Positions 53,848 to 64,000 are shown, counted from the first letter of the stretch. The stretch is 64,000 nucleotides of DNA from Deltaproteobacteria bacterium (GCA_040218735.1 JAVJQW010000070.1:256001-320000), one strand, 5' to 3'. The notes: generated from the sequence alone by a model not told the origin. A program made the numbers and translations.

Positions 53848-54552
53848 TCAGCTCTTCCGCCGGCGGCGGCGCACGCTTCGCGTGACGCGCACCGCCACGC
53901 CCACGCCCAACCCGAACGCAAACCCGCCGAGGTGCGCGAACCACGCGACGCCGCCCTCCGCCTGGAGGCCGTCGGCGATCGTGAGGTAGCCGTTCAACAG
54001 CTGCTGCAGCGCCCAGATCCCCAAGAAGACAAACGCCGGCACCTCGATGAAGGTGAGGAAGATGAAGATCGGGAACAGCGTCACCACGCGCGCCGCCGGG
54101 AACAGCACGATATAGGCGCCCAGCACCCCCGCGATCGCCCCCGACGCGCCGATCAACGGCACCGTGGACTGCGGATCCGCGACGTACTGCCCGAACGTCC
54201 CCGCGAGCCCCGCGAGTACGTAGAACCCCAGGTACAGCGCGTGCCCGAAGCGGTCCTCGACGTTGTCCCCGAACGCACGCAGGTAGAGCAGGTTGCCGAT
54301 GATGTGGAACCACCCGGCGTGCAGGACCATCGAGGCCAGCGCCGCCTGCAAACAAAGCAGGAGCGCGTCGCCGTCCTGCTGCGCCCAAGCCGCGTGAAGA
54401 TCGGCGGGCACGAACGCGAGCTGGTCGACCAACCCGGCCGCCTGCTGGCCCAGGCTCGCCTGGAACAGAAACGCTGCCCCGGTCAGCGCCAGCAGCCCAT
54501 AGTTCACGACCGGAACCCGCACCCGCGGATTGATGTCCCGGATGGGAAGCAA
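53848..54552 (-). CDS. Rhomboid family intramembrane serine protease
   Basis: LHAGWFHIIGNLLYL, GASGAI (Ser), WFAHLGGF (His); TTG 54552 with AGGAG RBS. Confidence 0.95.
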   Translation of the reverse strand: MLPIRDINPRVRVPVVNYGLLALTGAAFLFQASLGQQAAGLVDQLAFVPADLHAAWAQQDGDALLLCLQAALASMVLHAGWFHIIGNLLYLRAFGDNVEDRFGHALYLGFYVLAGLAGTFGQYVADPQSTVPLIGASGAIAGVLGAYIVLFPAARVVTLFPIFIFLTFIEVPAFVFLGIWALQQLLNGYLTIADGLQAEGGVAWFAHLGGFAFGLGVGVAVRVTRSVRRRRRKS

Positions 54553-54623
54553 CGGAATCGAAGCTCCTAGCACGGACGCATACCGCTTGCGAACGGCGTC
54601 GAACGGGTGTTACCGGACGTCCC

Positions 54624-56129
54624 GTGCGGCGGGCGGCGGGTGCGGTCGGTTGGGCAGCATTCGCCCTGCTCGTGGTGTCAGCGCCGGCGGCGTTCGGCCA
54701 AGGCGTCAACCTCACCGCGCGCAACGTCTATCACGCGTACGAGCTGCAGCTCGATCCGGGCGGCAACCGCGACCGGATCCGCGACATCAATCGCTTCTAC
54801 CAAACGCTCGAAGCGAGCGGCTGGGGCCTCGTCCCCGGACAACGTGTCAACGCGGTCCTGTCGATGCGCTACCGCACCGACTTCGGCACCGGCTTCAACC
54901 GCGACACCCCGAACGGACGCGGCATCCCTGCGGTGGACGACCGCAACGATCTGCAGATGCTCTACGCGTACGTCGAATGGACGGACGCGTTCGACCTCCT
55001 CGACCTCCGCCTCGGTCGCCAGGTCCGCATCGACGACCTCGCGTGGGCGTCCTTCGACGGCGTCGAGGTGACCGGCCACCTCTACAAGGACGGCGACGAC
55101 TACCTCGACGTGTCGCTGTTCGCCGGCGTGCCCGTGCAGATCGACGTGCTGTTCACGTCGGAGACGTTCCTCGGCGACGGCATCGAGGTCTACGACGGCT
55201 CCGGCTTCCTCTCCGGGCTCACCTTCGGCGGCAACACCGCGCTGAAGCTGATGTCGAACTTCACGGCCTCCGCGGCCTACCGCCAGACGGTGGTGTTCCG
55301 CGACGACGCCATCGAGTCCTTCGCGGGGGACGACGCCGCGGCCGCCGCGTCCAACGGGAAGATCGGCCTGCAGGAGTCCCTGCTCGGCGCGTCGATCGGC
55401 TACACGATCCGCCCGATCGACGTGAACCTCTACGGTCACTTCAATTGGGACCTGCTCATCGGCTCGCTCGAGCAAGCGCGCGCCGGCGGCGCCTACCACC
55501 CCATGCGCGGCTTCACGGTGCGCGCCGAGTACCTGCGCTCGCGCCCGCGCTTCGCGGGTGACTCGATTTTCAACTACTTCAACCTTTTCGCCTACGACCG
55601 CGCGCGCACCGAGGCGAGCTGGCAGATCCTCGAGAGCCTCACGCTCGACGCCGGCTACTTCTTCCAGAAGTTCAACGGCGGCGCGAAGGGCCCGAAGAGT
55701 GTCGACGACGCGGGCAACGAGGGCGCCGAGTTCCCCGGCTCCGACGCGGTGCACGGACCGAGCGCCGCGATCCGCTACCGACACCCGCGCTTCACCGTCG
55801 GTGGGTCGTTCGAAGCCTCGACGAACTTTGGCGGCGACTACGCGTACGGCGGCAACTACCGGCTACTCCAGCTCTTCGGTGACGTCCGCTTCCTCGGCGG
55901 ACGGTTCGTCACCGACGCGCGCCTCTCCGTGACGACGTTCCAGAACGACTGGATCGAGGACATCGACAACGGCGTCGTCGACGAGGTGCGCACCAGCCTG
56001 ATCGGGAGCATCGGCGCACGCGCGCAGATCCTCGACTTCCTGTCCTGGCGCGTGCTCCTCGCGCGCAACATCAACTCGTACGTCGCGGGCAGCTACCGCG
56101 TCTTCTCCGAGCTGGCGGTGAGGTACTGA
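54624..56129 (+). CDS. Outer-membrane beta-barrel protein (putative cytochrome-associated porin)
   Basis: Signal peptide; alternating amphipathic strands, LRLGRQ...FDG, C-terminal SELAVRY; stop overlaps the cytochrome start. Confidence 0.75.
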   Translation: MRRAAGAVGWAAFALLVVSAPAAFGQGVNLTARNVYHAYELQLDPGGNRDRIRDINRFYQTLEASGWGLVPGQRVNAVLSMRYRTDFGTGFNRDTPNGRGIPAVDDRNDLQMLYAYVEWTDAFDLLDLRLGRQVRIDDLAWASFDGVEVTGHLYKDGDDYLDVSLFAGVPVQIDVLFTSETFLGDGIEVYDGSGFLSGLTFGGNTALKLMSNFTASAAYRQTVVFRDDAIESFAGDDAAAAASNGKIGLQESLLGASIGYTIRPIDVNLYGHFNWDLLIGSLEQARAGGAYHPMRGFTVRAEYLRSRPRFAGDSIFNYFNLFAYDRARTEASWQILESLTLDAGYFFQKFNGGAKGPKSVDDAGNEGAEFPGSDAVHGPSAAIRYRHPRFTVGGSFEASTNFGGDYAYGGNYRLLQLFGDVRFLGGRFVTDARLSVTTFQNDWIEDIDNGVVDEVRTSLIGSIGARAQILDFLSWRVLLARNINSYVAGSYRVFSELAVRY

Positions 56130-57370
56130 TGCGACGCTCGACGCCCCTCCTCGGACTCCTCGTCACGGCCGCGGTGTCGCTGGTGACGCTGACGTCGGCC
56201 GTGTTCTTCGAGCGCGGGCCGGACCCGGTCGTCTTCCCGCCGCAGCAGATCCCGATCTACTTCCCGCACAACTACCACGTGCGTGCGCCGGACGAGGCGA
56301 AGGGCACGACCGGCGAAGGACTGTCGTGCACGTTCTGCCACGAGAACATCGAGGAGTCGGCGAAGTCCTCCGACGAGGACATCCCGGGCCACGGCACGTG
56401 CGACACCTGCCACGACGAGTGGATCGGCGACGAGGACGAGCCGGCCCCGATCGAAAAGTGCGGCCTGTGCCACACCGACCTCGACGCGCGGAAGGGCACC
56501 GTCACCTCGTCGGTCGCGAAGCGGATGATCGTGCCGAAGCCAAACATCATCTTCCCGCACGCGGCGCACACCGAGGCCGAGGTCGCGTGCGTGGAGTGCC
56601 ACGACCGCGTCCCGACGAAGACCGTCGCCACGCGCGACGACTACCCGACGATGGATCGCTGCATCGCATGCCACGAGGACCGCGGCGTCTCGACCGCGTG
56701 CACGACGTGCCACCTGCAGACGGTGAGCGGGCGCATCCAGACGAAGTACAGCTCGGGCGAGCTGAAGCCGAACCGCTTCCACCTCGCCGCGATCCACGAG
56801 GGTGATTTCCTCCGCACACACGCGGTGCCGGCGCAGCGCGATCAGAAGTACTGCGACAACTGCCACACGAAGAGTGAGTGCCTCGAGTGCCACGACGGCA
56901 TCGGCCGCGACGTGCGCTACCACCCGGGCGACTGGATCAGCACCCACTACCTGCGCGCGCGGAAGGACGACATGCGGTGCCAGAGCTGCCACCGCTTCCA
57001 GACGTTCTGCCTGAACTGCCACGTGCGTTCCGGCGTCGCGTCGGTGACGACGCCGGACAACGTCGCGCAGCGGCGCACGATCCGCGGCAACGGGACGATC
57101 GCACCGGGGCCGCACCCGATGGGCCCGGAGTGGACCGGCGTCGCGGGTAACCTCGGCCAGAACTTCCACGGCTTCCACGCGCAGCGGAACATCCGCGCGT
57201 GTGTCTCGTGCCACCAGGAGCAGTACTGCCTGCAGTGCCACACGACCGGCGGGCTCGGCGGCAACCCGCACGGACCGAACCCTCAGCGCCTGAAGGGGAG
57301 CACGGCGTCGAAGCGCAACGCGCGCGCGTGCCTGAAGTGCCACGACCCGGCGGACAACAGCTGGCGCTGA
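56129..57370 (+). CDS. Multiheme cytochrome c, 13 CxxCH motifs
   Basis: CTFCH, CDTCH, CGLCH, CVECH, CIACH, CTTCH, CDNCH, CLECH, CQSCH, CLNCH, CVSCH, CLQCH, CLKCH; c3/c7-like FPH motifs. Confidence 0.95.
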   Translation: MRRSTPLLGLLVTAAVSLVTLTSAVFFERGPDPVVFPPQQIPIYFPHNYHVRAPDEAKGTTGEGLSCTFCHENIEESAKSSDEDIPGHGTCDTCHDEWIGDEDEPAPIEKCGLCHTDLDARKGTVTSSVAKRMIVPKPNIIFPHAAHTEAEVACVECHDRVPTKTVATRDDYPTMDRCIACHEDRGVSTACTTCHLQTVSGRIQTKYSSGELKPNRFHLAAIHEGDFLRTHAVPAQRDQKYCDNCHTKSECLECHDGIGRDVRYHPGDWISTHYLRARKDDMRCQSCHRFQTFCLNCHVRSGVASVTTPDNVAQRRTIRGNGTIAPGPHPMGPEWTGVAGNLGQNFHGFHAQRNIRACVSCHQEQYCLQCHTTGGLGGNPHGPNPQRLKGSTASKRNARACLKCHDPADNSWR

Positions 57371-57386
57371 AGAGGACCTCTCGACC

Positions 57387-59132
57387 ATGGCCAAGGAAGA
57401 CACGAACGAACGCCTGAAGGCGGTACGGCGACAGATGGATCGGATGGGGGTCGACGTCGCGATCGTCCGCTCCACCGACCGCTACCTCAACGAGTACGTG
57501 CCGACGGACGAGTCGGCGCGGGTGTGGATCAGCGCGTTCACCGGGTCAATGGGTGAAGTCGTCGTGACAAAGTCCGACGCGTACCTCGCGGTCGATGGCC
57601 GGTACTGGATCCAAGCGAAGAAGGAGATCGACCTCGCCTGCTTCACGATCATCGAGGTGCAGCTCGGGAGCGGCATCGACGGCGCGATCGCGGAGCTCAT
57701 CCAACAGCTCGCCGAGAAGGCCGGACCGAAGAAGAAGCTGCGCATCGGCTACGAGCCGGAGCGGGTCACACCGAACGTGCTGAAGCGGCTGCAGGCTGCG
57801 GTCGGCGAGGGGGTGACGTGGAAGCCGACGTTCCCGTCGCCGGTCGAGCAGGCGCGCGGCGCGAACCGGCCGGCGCCACGCGAAGCGAAGATCCGCGCGG
57901 TCGACGAAAAACGCGTAGGGCGCACCGTGGGCGAGAAGCTCGACGCGCTCGGCGCGCGGATGGAGACGCTCGGCGTCGAAGCGGTGCTCGTGCAGCGCCT
58001 CGACGAGATCGCGTACCTGTCGAACCTGCGCGGCGACGAGCTGCCCTACCAGGCGACCTTCAAGGCGATCGCGCTCGCGACCCAGGACAACCTGTTCATC
58101 GGGATGGACCCGTCGAAGGCGCCGAAGTCGGTGCGTGTCGCGCGGGACCGAATCCTGTTCGTGCCGGAGTCCGAGTTCTGGACGTTGATGGGCAAGAAGG
58201 CGAAGCGCAGCCGCATCGCCTACGACCCGGACGGCAACTCGGAGTGGGGACGCCAGCAGATCGAGTCGACGGGCGCGGAGGCGATCGCCCTGCCCTCGCC
58301 GATCCAGCAGATGAAGGCGAGGAAGAACCCGGCGGAGCTGAAGGCGATGCAGGACGCCTTCGCGCGCGCGGACGGTGTGGTCGAGGCGGCGATCCAGTGG
58401 GTCTGCTCCGAGGTCGTCGCGGGCAAGAAGGTCTCCGAGAAGGACTTCGCCAACAAGGTGCAGGAGCTGTTCTTCGCGCGTGAGGCGACGGGGCTGTCGT
58501 TCAAGATCATCAGCGCGGCCGGGAAGAACGGCGCGATCATCCACTACAGCGATCCGTCGGCGCGCCGCGCGCTGAAGCGCGGCGAGCTGATGCTGCTCGA
58601 CACCGGCGCGTACTTCGCCGAGGGCTACGCGACGGATCTCACGCGGACGTTCCTCGTCGACGACAAGAAGGCGAAGGGCAACGCGGAGCAGCGCCGCCTC
58701 TACACGTTGGTGCTGAAGGCTGCGGTCGCCGGGATGCGCGCGACGTTCCCGCGCGGCACGACGGGCGCGGCGCTCGACGCGATCGTCCGCGCGCCGCTGT
58801 GGGCCGAGGGCCTGAACTACAACCACGGCACGGGTCACGGGGTGGGGATCAACGTGCACGAGTTCCCGCCGCGCATCGCGCCGGGCACGAACGTCGCCCT
58901 CGAGGAGGGCCACGTGTTCTCGATCGAGCCGGGGGTGTACCTGCCGAAGTTCGGCGGCATCCGGATCGAGAACCTCTGCACGGTGGAAGCGGTGCCGAAG
59001 TCGAACGACTTCCTGCGCGTGAAGCCGCTGACGTTCTCGCCCCTCGACAAACGCCTCATCGAGACGAAGATGCTGAGCGCGGACGAGAAGGCGTGGCTCG
59101 GCGCGTACGCGAAGCGCGCGAACGGTCGCTGA
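57387..59132 (+). CDS. Xaa-Pro aminopeptidase (M24B, aminopeptidase P)
   Basis: FTGS, DGRY, LDTGA, TDLTRT, HGTGHGVG..VHE, SIEPG, GIRIEN. Confidence 0.95.
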   Translation: MAKEDTNERLKAVRRQMDRMGVDVAIVRSTDRYLNEYVPTDESARVWISAFTGSMGEVVVTKSDAYLAVDGRYWIQAKKEIDLACFTIIEVQLGSGIDGAIAELIQQLAEKAGPKKKLRIGYEPERVTPNVLKRLQAAVGEGVTWKPTFPSPVEQARGANRPAPREAKIRAVDEKRVGRTVGEKLDALGARMETLGVEAVLVQRLDEIAYLSNLRGDELPYQATFKAIALATQDNLFIGMDPSKAPKSVRVARDRILFVPESEFWTLMGKKAKRSRIAYDPDGNSEWGRQQIESTGAEAIALPSPIQQMKARKNPAELKAMQDAFARADGVVEAAIQWVCSEVVAGKKVSEKDFANKVQELFFAREATGLSFKIISAAGKNGAIIHYSDPSARRALKRGELMLLDTGAYFAEGYATDLTRTFLVDDKKAKGNAEQRRLYTLVLKAAVAGMRATFPRGTTGAALDAIVRAPLWAEGLNYNHGTGHGVGINVHEFPPRIAPGTNVALEEGHVFSIEPGVYLPKFGGIRIENLCTVEAVPKSNDFLRVKPLTFSPLDKRLIETKMLSADEKAWLGAYAKRANGR

Positions 59133-59391
59133 GTCCCCCGTCATCGGCCAGCGAACGAACTAACCTCGGAATCGGGGCGATTCTCACACGCCTCTCATAC
59201 CGGTGACCGTAGCCTCGTACGATGGGGAACGCACGGATGTGACCGCGAGCGCGACGCGGCCAAGTCTTTGTCACATTCGCTTGATCTATCCGGGCAAAGC
59301 GCCGACGTTCCCACCAGCCCCGGCCCTCGCGCTTGTCATCTGAGTACGCGAATGCGGCCGTGCACGCCCCCCAGGAGGGGCCCAGGAAACC

Positions 59392-60600
59392 ATGACCGAC
59401 GTGTCCTTCTCCGAGCTCTCGCTCATCCCCCCGCTTCTGCGCGCGCTCGACGCCAAGGGTTACGAGACCCCCACGCCCATCCAGGCGCAGGCCATCCCGC
59501 CGCTCCTCGAGGGCGTCGATCTCCTCGGCGTCGCCCAGACCGGCACCGGCAAGACCGCGGCGTTCTCGCTGCCGCTGCTCCAACACCTCGCCGAGCGACC
59601 GGCGCCGCGCGGGCGGCCGATCCGGGCGCTGGTGCTCACTCCAACGCGCGAGCTCGCCGCGCAGATCGGCGACAACCTCGCCGCCTACGGTAAACGCCTC
59701 GGGCAGAAACACATCGTCATCTTCGGCGGCGTCGGGCAGCGCCCGCAGGTCGACGCGCTGAAGCGCGGTGTCCCGATCGTCGTCGCGACGCCCGGGCGGC
59801 TCCTCGACCTCATGGGTCAGGGCTACGTCGATCTCGCGCGGGTCGAGTACTTCGTCCTCGACGAGGCGGATCGCATGCTCGACATGGGTTTCATCCACGA
59901 CGTCCGCAAGGTGATCGACGCCCTCCCCGATCGCCGCCAGTCGGCGCTGTTCTCGGCGACGATGCCCAACGACATCGTCAAGCTCGCGGAGCGCCTGTTG
60001 AACAAACCGCGCCGCGTCGAGGTTACGCCGCCGGCGACCACGGTCGAGCGGATCGAGCAGGGGGTGCTGTTCGTGGAGAAGGAGGACAAACGGGCGCTGC
60101 TCGCGGAGATCCTCGCGAACCCCGAGCTGCGCCGCACGCTCGTCTTCACGCGCACCAAACACGGCGCGAACCGCGCCGCGAAGCACCTGCAGAAGTGCAA
60201 CGTCCCGGCGGACGCGATTCACGGCAACAAGTCGCAGTCGGCGCGCGAGCGCGCGCTCGAGAAGTTCCGCAAGGGTGAGATCCGCGTGCTCGTCGCGACG
60301 GACATCGCGGCGCGCGGCATCGACGTCGCCGGGATCACCCACGTGATCAACTTCGACCTGCCGAACATCCCCGAGAGCTACGTGCACCGGATCGGCCGGA
60401 CTGCGCGCGCCGGTAACGAAGGCGTCGCGCTGTCGTTCTGTGACGTGGACGAGCGCGCCTACCTAAAGGACATCGAGAAGACGATCCGGCAGCGCGTGCG
60501 GGTGATCGACAACCACCCCTACAAGTCGAACGTGCCGATGAACGTGCAGCCGCCGCCCGCCGCGAAGTCGAGCGGCCGGCGGCGTCGACGTCGGCGCTGA
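59392..60600 (+). CDS. rhlE: DEAD-box RNA helicase (RhlE-like)
   Basis: Q motif [45 protein letters not shown]. Confidence 0.93.
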   Translation: MTDVSFSELSLIPPLLRALDAKGYETPTPIQAQAIPPLLEGVDLLGVAQTGTGKTAAFSLPLLQHLAERPAPRGRPIRALVLTPTRELAAQIGDNLAAYGKRLGQKHIVIFGGVGQRPQVDALKRGVPIVVATPGRLLDLMGQGYVDLARVEYFVLDEADRMLDMGFIHDVRKVIDALPDRRQSALFSATMPNDIVKLAERLLNKPRRVEVTPPATTVERIEQGVLFVEKEDKRALLAEILANPELRRTLVFTRTKHGANRAAKHLQKCNVPADAIHGNKSQSARERALEKFRKGEIRVLVATDIAARGIDVAGITHVINFDLPNIPESYVHRIGRTARAGNEGVALSFCDVDERAYLKDIEKTIRQRVRVIDNHPYKSNVPMNVQPPPAAKSSGRRRRRRR

Positions 60601-60603
60601 GGC

Positions 60604-62583
60604 TCAGACCCAGGCCGCGATCTTCTCGGCGATGTTCTCGGGCGTCAGCCCGAAGTGCGCGTAGACCTCTTCGTACGGCGCGCTCTCGCCGAACGAGTCG
60701 ACGCCGAACTCCAGGCCGTCGAGGCCCGTGAGGATCTTCCAGGGCGTCGAGCGGCCCGCCTCGACCGCGGCGCGCTTCATCCCGGGCGGGAGGACGCTGG
60801 CCTGGTAGGCGGCGTCCTGCTCCAGGAAGCGCTCGACACACGGCATCGACACCACGCGCACCGGGACGCCCTTCGCCTCCAGGGCGTTCGCGGCGTCGAC
60901 CGCGAGACCGACCTCGCTGCCGGTCGCGATGATCGCCGCCTTGGCGCCCTCGCGGTCCTTCAGGACGTAGCCGCCCTTGTGCACGTCGGTCGTGGAGAAG
61001 CCGTCGGCGCGGTCGAGCTTCGCGACGCTCTGGCGCGTGAACACCAGCGCGTGCGGCGCGGGCTCACCGCCCTGAACGGCGTAGGTCCAGGCCATCGCGG
61101 TCTCGACGCCGTCGGCCGGGCGCCAGACGTACAGGCCGGGGATCATGCGCAGCGCCCACAGGTGCTCGACCGCCTGGTGCGTCGGGCCGTCCTCGCCGAG
61201 GCCGATCGAGTCGTGGGTGAAGACCTGCAGCGCGCGGATCTTCATCAGCGCCGACAGCCGCACCGCCGGACGCATGTAGTCCGAGAAGGTCAGGAACGTC
61301 GCCCCGAACGGGACGAAGCCGCCGTAGAGCGCGAGGCCGTTGGTGATGGCCGCCATCGCGTGCTCGCGGACGCCGAAGCTGATGTTCCGCCCCGCGAAGT
61401 CGTTCGTGGCGATCATCGTGGTGTCCTTGATCAGCGACTTGTTCGAACCCGCGAGGTCCGCGGAGCCGCCGACGAGCCCGGCGACCTTCGGCGCGATCGC
61501 GTTGATCGCCTGGCCGCTCATCGCACGCGTGGCGCCCTTCGCGTCGGCGAGGGCCGCGGCGACCGCTTCGTCGAGATCCGCGACCGCACCACCGTCCCAC
61601 GCCGCGGCGAGGTCTTCGTGCTCACCGCGCCACTTCGACATGCGCTCGTCCCAACGCTCGCGATCGCCGGTGCCGAGCGCAGCCGCGTCGGCGAAGAACT
61701 TCCGCACGTCGTCCGGCACCTCGAAGAGCCCGCCGGTCCAGCCGAGCTTCTCCTTGGTGAGGCGCCCCTCCTCGTCCCCGAGCGGCTCGCCGTGGGCCTT
61801 CGCCTTGTCCTGGCGGTTCGGGCTGCCGTAGCCGATGTGCGTCTTCGCGAGGATGAGGGACGGTTTGTCCTCGACCTTCTGCGCGGCTTCGATGGCGTCC
61901 TTGATCGCGGCTTGGTCGTGCCCGTCGACGCGCAGCGTGTGCCAGCCGTAGGCCTGGTAGCGGGCCTCGACGTCCTCGGTGAAGGTGATGTCCGTGCTGC
62001 CGTCGATCGTGATCTGGTTGTCGTCGTAGATCGCGATCAGCTCGCCGAGCCCGAGGTGCCCCGCCATCGACGCGGCCTCGCTCGTGATGCCCTCCATCAT
62101 GCAGCCGTCGCCCATGATGCAGTAGACGCGATGGGAGATCGGATCGAAGCCGCCCTTGCCGTTGTAGCGGGCCTTCGCCATGCGCGTCGCGAGCGCGAAC
62201 CCGACGGCGTTCGCGAAGCCCTGCCCGAGCGGACCCGTCGTCGTCTCGACGCCGGGCGTGAGGCCGTACTCGGGGTGGCCGGGGGTCTTCGAGCCGAGCT
62301 GCCGGAAGTCCTTCAGCTGTTGGAGCGGGAGGTCGTAGCCGGTCAGGTGCAGGACCGAGTACACGAGCATCGACGCGTGACCGTTGGAGAGGACGAAGCG
62401 ATCGCGATCCGCCCAGTCGGGGTTCTTCGGATCGAAGCGCAGGATGTCCTTCCACAGGACCGTCGCGATGTCGGCGAGGCCCATGGGGGCTCCGGGGTGC
62501 CCGCTGTTGGCGGCGTTCACGCCGTCGATCGAAAGGGCGCGGATCGTATGGGCGGCGAGGGTCCTGAGGTCGGCGTCGGTCAT
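60604..62583 (-). CDS. tkt: Transketolase
   Basis: SGHPGAPMG, DRFVLSNGH, GHPE, GDGCMMEG, FGVREH, THDSIGLGEDGPTHQ; true start ATG 62583. Confidence 0.98.
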   Translation of the reverse strand: MTDADLRTLAAHTIRALSIDGVNAANSGHPGAPMGLADIATVLWKDILRFDPKNPDWADRDRFVLSNGHASMLVYSVLHLTGYDLPLQQLKDFRQLGSKTPGHPEYGLTPGVETTTGPLGQGFANAVGFALATRMAKARYNGKGGFDPISHRVYCIMGDGCMMEGITSEAASMAGHLGLGELIAIYDDNQITIDGSTDITFTEDVEARYQAYGWHTLRVDGHDQAAIKDAIEAAQKVEDKPSLILAKTHIGYGSPNRQDKAKAHGEPLGDEEGRLTKEKLGWTGGLFEVPDDVRKFFADAAALGTGDRERWDERMSKWRGEHEDLAAAWDGGAVADLDEAVAAALADAKGATRAMSGQAINAIAPKVAGLVGGSADLAGSNKSLIKDTTMIATNDFAGRNISFGVREHAMAAITNGLALYGGFVPFGATFLTFSDYMRPAVRLSALMKIRALQVFTHDSIGLGEDGPTHQAVEHLWALRMIPGLYVWRPADGVETAMAWTYAVQGGEPAPHALVFTRQSVAKLDRADGFSTTDVHKGGYVLKDREGAKAAIIATGSEVGLAVDAANALEAKGVPVRVVSMPCVERFLEQDAAYQASVLPPGMKRAAVEAGRSTPWKILTGLDGLEFGVDSFGESAPYEEVYAHFGLTPENIAEKIAAWV

Positions 62584-62650
62584 AGGCCGGCCTGTTAAGA
62601 CGGAACGCGACGTTTGGCTAGTCCGAAGCCTCGGTGGCATGCTCCGCGCC

Positions 62651-63388
62651 ATGAACGTACGTGGATTCGTCGTATCGCTGGGCGTGGTCTGCGGGATCGC
62701 CGCGTGCAAAGCGCCGGCGAAGGAGGATGCGAAGCCCAAGGAGGCCGCGCCGCAGGTCAACACGACCCCCGCCGAGTTGAAACCCACCGGGTGCGACCCG
62801 GCGCCGAAGTGGGTCGGGCTCGACGCGTGCCACGAAGACGGCTGGGTGTACGCCGTCGGCCGCAAGAAGATCACGTCCTCGAAGCCGCTCGCGAAGGCGG
62901 TCGTCGCCGCGAAGGCGCGCGCCGCCGTCGCACGCGCAGCGCGTGTCATGGACGTGAACGAGCGCTACATCCTCGAAGACAGCGAGGTGCTCTACGCACA
63001 CATGTGCAACGACGAGTGGGTCGCGATCGGCCGCATGAAGAAGCAGCCACCGCCCGCCCTCCCCGCGTGTCCCGCCAAGCTCTTCGAGCAAGCACCGCCG
63101 GTCCCGGAGCACTGCCCCGACTGGACGACGCGCATCGGGTGGAAGGAAGGCGACACCTACGTGGGCGTCGGCATGTCCCAGAACACGCACAACCCGACCC
63201 AGGCCCCCGCCGAGGCGAAGGCGCGCGCCCTCGCGCAGGCGCAAGCTGTGTTGCGCTCCGTCGTAGGGGTCGATGGGGACTCCGCGACCATCCCCCATGA
63301 CAGCGGTCAGCTCGCGGAGGGCAAGCTGCTCATGGCCGCGTGCGGCGACATCGCCTACGCGCAGGTCTCGACGACCCTGAAGAAGTAA
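62651..63388 (+). CDS. Hypothetical lipoprotein with two internal repeats (LPP20-like)
   Basis: Lipobox IAAC; duplicated C..P.W...Y.VG...AKARA motif. Confidence 0.7.
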   Translation: MNVRGFVVSLGVVCGIAACKAPAKEDAKPKEAAPQVNTTPAELKPTGCDPAPKWVGLDACHEDGWVYAVGRKKITSSKPLAKAVVAAKARAAVARAARVMDVNERYILEDSEVLYAHMCNDEWVAIGRMKKQPPPALPACPAKLFEQAPPVPEHCPDWTTRIGWKEGDTYVGVGMSQNTHNPTQAPAEAKARALAQAQAVLRSVVGVDGDSATIPHDSGQLAEGKLLMAACGDIAYAQVSTTLKK

Positions 63389-63392
63389 CACC

Positions 63393-64000
63393 GTGCGCGC
63401 CGCGCTCGAACGCCACTTCTCGATTCGTGGCGCCGGCAGTGACGTACGGACCGAGGTCATCGCGGGTGCGACGACCTTCCTCACGATGGCGTACATCGTC
63501 GTCGTCAACCCGGCGATCCTGAAGGCGGCCGGGATGCCGGTCGGCGCGGTGATCACGGCGACGTGTCTGTCCGCCGCCTTCGCGTCGTTCCTGATGGGGT
63601 GGTACGGGCGGCTCCCGATCGGCGTCGCGCCGGGCATGGGCACGAACGCCTACTTCGCGTTCACCGTGTGCGGGACGCTCGGGCACAGCTGGCAGACCGC
63701 GCTCGGCGCGGTGTTCATCTCCGGCGTGCTGTTCTTGGTGCTCAGCGTGACGGGGGTGCGCGAGCGCATCATCGAGGCCATCCCCGACTCGATGAAACAC
63801 GCGATCGCCGCCGGCATCGGGATCTTCATCGCGTTCGTCGGGCTCATCAACGCGAAGATCATCGTCGACCGGCCCACGGTGCTGGTCGGGCTCGGTGACG
63901 TCACGAGCTACGAGGCGCTCGTGACGTTCGTGGGCCTCGTAGCCTGCGGCGTCCTGCTCGCGCGCGGCGTGCGCGGCGCACTGCTCTACGGCATCGCGAT
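63393..64000 (+). CDS. NCS2/AzgA family purine permease, 3'-truncated (not in ORF track)
   Basis: TEVIAGATTFLTMAYIVVVNPAIL, APGMGTNAYF, ALGAVFISG, IAAGIGIFIAF. Confidence 0.93.
   Translation, partial: MRAALERHFSIRGAGSDVRTEVIAGATTFLTMAYIVVVNPAILKAAGMPVGAVITATCLSAAFASFLMGWYGRLPIGVAPGMGTNAYFAFTVCGTLGHSWQTALGAVFISGVLFLVLSVTGVRERIIEAIPDSMKHAIAAGIGIFIAFVGLINAKIIVDRPTVLVGLGDVTSYEALVTFVGLVACGVLLARGVRGALLYGIA

Noticed and set aside
53848-54552. Rhomboid as the intramembrane protease of the CHAT/anti-sigma circuit
   Set aside because: About 5 kb outside the block, among housekeeping genes, with no shared motif; no direct evidence
62584-62949. N-terminal extension of the transketolase ORF (likewise long starts for ccmA/B/C and the Kelch gene)
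   Set aside because: Overlap neighbouring real genes; family homology starts at the downstream start codons
1-64000. tRNA/rRNA/riboswitch genes
   Set aside because: No recognisable cloverleaf or conserved rRNA/riboswitch signature in the short intergenic gaps; a covariance search was not possible

Overview
High-GC, gene-dense bacterial DNA, most consistent with Myxococcota or a related deltaproteobacterium. Evidence for this: a eukaryote-like Ser/Thr kinase with PEGA domains, many Cys-rich lipoproteins with RDGG/DAG linkers, VWA and choice-of-anchor-D surface proteins, and a CxxxY-type CcmE. About 49 CDS are supportable. Housekeeping genes include lon, Leu/Phe/Val dehydrogenase, engB, coaE, aminopeptidase P, rhlE, tkt and an NCS2 permease. 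There is a full System I cytochrome c maturation operon (ccmE-F-H-x-x-A-B-C-D plus a 49-aa membrane peptide), a ResB-like gene with a tetraheme cytochrome, and a porin plus 13-heme cytochrome pair. The most notable feature is a ~10 kb block (38.6-48.75 kb) lying between ccm and resB. It holds a tightly coupled operon of TPR-CHAT (caspase-like) lipoprotein, zinc anti-sigma, S8 protease lipoprotein and ECF sigma factor, plus a divergent secreted M4 metalloprotease. Both transcription units are preceded by the same AAGAAAAGGA-N14-GACnAC promoter-like motif, suggesting a CRISPR-independent proteolytic signalling circuit. Three real-looking ORFs absent from the ORF track (8515-8655, 38460-38609, 63393-end) and a sigma54 unit with a structured 3' RNA (20985-21346) were also found. 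No tRNA, rRNA, CRISPR array, integrase or transposase was seen. All family calls are by motif recognition, not by database search.
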